Origin: Eledone cirrhosa
Lineage: Eukaryota
Length of the DNA stretch: 64,000 bases
Direction of reading: 5' to 3'
NCBI GenBank assembly: GCA_964016885.1
Contig: OZ024740.1
Location: forward strand, 56,420,001 to 56,484,000
Shown: in pieces, positions 60,642-64,000 of the stretch
Layout of the letters: each line of letters opens with the position of its first letter
Numbering within the stretch: position 1 is the stretch's first letter
Notes under the pieces: generated by a model
Databases searched by the model: none
Told to the model about the DNA's origin: nothing
Seen by the model: the letters and a program-made list of their open reading frames with translations, nothing else
Program-made: the position numbers and the translations under genes

Positions 60642-61090
60642 TCAGGTTATCAATAATGTAGTGATAATATAACGTTACTACTACACCAAATGACCAGCCC
60701 TGTCCACTGTCCAATTGGTCAAGTAGAGATTAAAATTGGCACTCCCAAAAATTCATATTTAGATAAAATGAACCATTTACTCATGGTATTCTCATTAGAA
60801 ACCCATTATATACTTGTTTAGCAGTAAATTGATTTACCATCTGTCATATACTATCCCCTATTTTTCTTCCTCTATTACTAATATAAATACTTCAATTTTT
60901 CTGATTTTATCCAATTTATCCAAAATCTCTGAAGAAGGGACAACTGATTATACATTTGCTATCGAATACTTGCTAACATTATATGATTACGCAAGCAGCG
61001 ATACATAGGTATTCCGTCTGTTACAGAAGCATATGTCAATACCTAATAAATTCCTTTTTAAAAAAAGCACTTTCATTTTATATTCATCCT

Positions 61091-62087
<997 letters not shown>

Positions 62088-62089
<2 letters not shown>

Positions 62090-62695
62090 TGGCTGCCAAC
62101 TCGTTTTCGAGTACGGCCACTACTTTATATTCATGTAGCAGAACCCCTACCGATGCGCTGAACGAGTGTGACTTTTTAGTCCAGCCAGCGACTTGAAAAC
62201 TCTGGTACAAACACTACACTTGTGACAATTATTGACACATAGTGCTGGGCCCATGGTACCATGTGACGACAAGTGTAGAGAGATCTCCAGATATAAAGCA
62301 ATGCCTGTGCCGTGAAGCTTTTATAGTGAGCAAAGACATTGCACAAAGCCAGTCCCACTCTCTTAACCAAGATGATATTTACCAAAAAGAAGAACAAGTC
62401 AACATCATTGGATACCATCAGGGTTGCAGGTGTTATATCAGAGTTTTCCTTCTCCTAGAATTCTGCCTTGACAAAGGCTAAGGGGTCATCTCTCCCGGTG
62501 AATTTGGATGGCCATTGACTCTTAAGAGCTCCTTTGCCCTTTGACAGGTTTTGTTTTTAGTCCTGCAAGATGTCCAAAGTCACCCTCCTCACCAAGAAAC
62601 CTTGGTGGGGTTGCCAGTTTAGTCGCCAACGACCCGACCATGGGACAGGTTGTACTGGAATACATGTTACCAGTAGCACCAACTGGTGACCTAAC
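62088..62695 (-). mobile_element. Non-autonomous RTE-related short retroelement
   Basis: Near-identical to 2976-3572. Confidence 0.75.
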
Positions 62696-62741
62696 ATATG
62701 TATATATATATACAGTATATATATATATATATACATACATA

Positions 62742-62779
<38 letters not shown>

Positions 62780-62787
62780 TATACATA

Positions 62788-62971
<184 letters not shown>

Positions 62972-63117
62972 GGTTGATTATAGACTTGTTCTATGTGTGA
63001 CGGTATTTTAACGATAGTTATAGCTCTGATTTATCTGAATTATTGAGCCCTCTGCCGCTCATATCGAATTTTGTTTATCGTGAACTCGTGCGCCGATTTT
63101 TCGATACTCGATTATTC

Positions 63118-63151
<34 letters not shown>

Positions 63152-63160
<9 letters not shown>

Positions 63161-63308
63161 GAATTGATGCTCTGAAATAGCGGTATATATATGAATGTAT
63201 ATGAGGTCTTCGAAATGCTTTTAATTAAGCATACAGTGTATTGCAAAATACACTATATATACATTCATATATATATCGCTATTTCAGAGCACCAATTCTA
63301 ATTTTCAA
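63152..63308. repeat. Inverted repeat whose spacer recurs at about 63525-63580
   Basis: About 50-bp arms; aggtcttcgaaatgcttttaattaa occurs twice. Confidence 0.6.
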
Positions 63309-63582
63309 TTTTTGCTTGACCGGCAACCGCTCTGTATAATCAGTTCCTGATTATAACTAGAATTCTATAAGAATCAAACATTCATGATTTTCAGCAAACG
63401 GGTGGAGTACTTAGCTTTGATATGTACCAAAAAGTACGAAACAGAGCTCTGTTAGCTTTATCTCCCCATGTTTGCTGATAATTGAAAGTAACTGAGACTG
63501 TCACTACTCTAAAACAATAGCGTAAGGTCTTCGAAATGCTTTTAATTAACCATACAGTGTATTGCAAAGTACACTATATATA

Positions 63583-63628
<46 letters not shown>

Positions 63629-63653
63629 TGTACATATATATATATATATACTG

Positions 63654-63853
63654 NNNNNNNNNNNNNNNNNNNNNNNNNNNNNNNNNNNNNNNNNNNNNNN
63701 NNNNNNNNNNNNNNNNNNNNNNNNNNNNNNNNNNNNNNNNNNNNNNNNNNNNNNNNNNNNNNNNNNNNNNNNNNNNNNNNNNNNNNNNNNNNNNNNNNNN
63801 NNNNNNNNNNNNNNNNNNNNNNNNNNNNNNNNNNNNNNNNNNNNNNNNNNNNN
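63654..63853. other. Assembly gap (200 N)
   Basis: Run of N. Confidence 1.
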
Positions 63854-64000
63854 GTTTTGATCAAGGGGTGGACCATGGCTGATGGGTCTCCACCAAGCAA
63901 AAAGATGGCGGAGAACCTGAAGAGCCATGGGTTTCTGAGGACCCTGGCACAGATAGAGAGAAAGAGAAAAGAAATTGAGAAGGCGTGTGTCCTCATAGCG

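Noticed and set aside
60800-60850. Candidate upstream dehydratase exon ending in YNG|gt
   Set aside because: In-frame stop about 12 codons upstream and no family similarity.

Overview
Eukaryotic, AT-rich, microsatellite-dense DNA. The repeat landscape suggests an octopod cephalopod (inference). The only intact host gene I can find is a minus-strand PLP-dependent L-threonine ammonia-lyase (threonine dehydratase) with a C-terminal ACT-like domain. Seven GT-AG exons (58028 down to 2172) splice in frame to a stop codon, and the 5' exons are not visible in this window. The introns are packed with transposons: Naiad-type Penelope-like elements (PLEs; two near-identical young copies with inverted pseudo-LTRs), RTE, CRE and R4-type LINE remnants, tRNA-derived SINEs, hAT MITEs, a Helitron and a histone H3 fragment fused to an RTE end. 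The most striking pattern is about 20 hammerhead-ribozyme-bearing PLE ends from many sequence-unrelated families, nearly all sitting in (TA)n. They share a covarying RCTC-[stem-loop]-YY-GAGY hairpin in their 3' tails. The tail-less or inverted arms repeatedly join (TA)n at a TA a few nucleotides 5' of that hairpin, which suggests a conserved RT-positioning or priming element. Most ORFs in the supplied track are microsatellite artefacts.
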